From NCBI RefSeq assembly GCF_040938485.1, contig NW_027271028.1:434001-498000 (forward strand): 64,000 nucleotides of DNA, read 5' to 3'. Every line of letters starts with the position of its first letter. Positions within the stretch are counted from its first letter, which is position 1. Below the pieces are notes generated by a model, which was given only the letters and a program-made list of their open reading frames with translations, was not told the DNA's origin and ran no database searches. The translations under genes and the position numbers were made by a program. This document shows, in pieces, positions 62,739 to 64,000 of this stretch. This stretch comes from Diadema antillarum (taxonomy: Eukaryota).

Positions 62739-64000
62739 CATAGGCGCCGGAAGTGGGGGGGCAGGGGGGGCGGCCGCCCCCCCAATCCAAAAAGTGGGGG
62801 GGCAAAACGCATTTTTGCCCCCCCAAAAAGCCCCCCCCCCCAAAAAAAAAAAAAAAAATAATAACAATAATAGTAATAATGAATGAATAAACAAAGAAAA
62901 TAAAATAAATATGGATATATATGAATAAAAGGGAAAAAATATGGCTACAAACGGCAGCTTTTGGACTGTACAATGCCAAAATTTTTAGCTCGCTCGCTTC
63001 GCTCGCTCGCATCCAGCAGTTGAGCCCGGTGCGCCTGCCCCTTATTTGTGAAGCGAAAAACATAGTTACGACGGCAGTTGTTGGACTCTAGAATGTCAAA
63101 ATTGTCAAGCTCGCTCGCTTCGCTCGCTCGCATTGAATCGTTATGCCATTCTCCTAATGTTGATGACAGTAATTGCCAGTAGTTGCGCCCGATGCCCCCA
63201 CCCCTTAATTTCCAAAGCGAAAGATATCTACAGACGGGAGTTTTTGGACTGTAAAATGTCACAATTTTCAAGCTCGCTCGCATTGAATCGTTATGCCACT
63301 CTCCTAATGTTGCTGCCAGTACTTGCCATCAGTTGCGCCCGATGCCCCCCCCCCCCCCCTTAACTTCCAAAGCGAAAGATATAGCCTCAAACGGGAGTTT
63401 TGGGACTGTAACATGTCAAAATTTTCAAGCTCGCTCGCTCGCATTGAATCATTATGCCACTCTCCTAACGTTGCTGCCAGTAATTGCCAGCAGTTGAGCC
63501 CGATGCCCCCCCCCCCCCTTAATTTCCAAAGCGAAAGATATAGCTACAAGCGGGAGTTTTGGGACTGTAAAATGTCAAAATTCTCAAGCTCGCTCGCTTT
63601 GCTCGCTCGCATTGAATCGTTATGCCATTCTCCTAATGTTGCTGCCAGTAATTGCCAGCAGTTGCGCCCGATGCGCCGCCCCATTAATTTCAAAAGTGAA
63701 AGATAGAGCTACAAACCCCAGTTTTGGGACTGTAGAATGTCAAAATTTTCAAGCTTGCTCGCTTCGCTCGCTCGCATTGAATCGTTATACCATTCTCCTA
63801 ATGTTGCTGCCAATAATTGCCAGCAGTTGCGCCCGATGCGCCCCCATTTATTTCCAAAGCGAAAGATATAGCTACAATTTAAAACTCCAGTTTTGGGACT
63901 GTAGAATATCAAAATTTTCAAGCTCGCTCGCATTTTATTGTTATGCAATTCACCTTATGTTGCTGACAGTATATAATTTTCGATCGTTTCACACCGTCAT
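62739..64000. mobile_element. Left end of a DNA-transposon-like element (CATAGGCGCC...G/C tracts) carrying an internal ~150-168-bp tandem array
   Basis: Terminus at 62739; GCTCGCTCGCATT unit marker near 63010, 63131, 63281, 63442, 63610, 63775 and 63931; continues past the window end. Confidence 0.7.

Noticed and set aside
62940-63960. CRISPR-like repeat array
   Set aside because: Whole ~160-bp units are repeated with no unique spacers, there are no cas genes, and the context is eukaryotic.

Overview
Animal genomic DNA, AT-rich and intron-rich. The repeat content resembles sea urchin or another echinoderm, but that assignment is an inference. Two titin-family muscle kinase genes face each other tail-to-tail. 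(1) + strand, 791-7420: the last 8 exons of an obscurin/SPEG/UNC-89-type gene (FN3, linker, second kinase domain, C-terminal tail); the rest of the gene lies upstream of the window. (2) - strand, 28701-15874: a myosin light chain kinase (MYLK-type) with 11 coding exons that join in frame into 430 aa (FN3, acidic linker, kinase, autoinhibitory/calmodulin-binding tail) and no C-terminal telokin Ig. The most interesting feature lies upstream of that kinase on the same strand. An ATG exon ending at 46805 joins in phase to a stop-terminated I-set Ig exon (43612-43239), predicting a free-standing 126-aa telokin-like single-Ig protein. The 26-55 kb region also holds several candidate alternative promoters and first exons with CArG, MEF2, CRE, TATA and Inr motifs, two start-codon micro-exons and one candidate antisense promoter. 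Repeats include SINEs, LINE remnants, TTAA-flanked Kolobok-like MITEs, MITEs with 6-bp flanking duplications, a foldback element and two minisatellite arrays. All splice sites, translations and motifs were read by eye, with no database searches.
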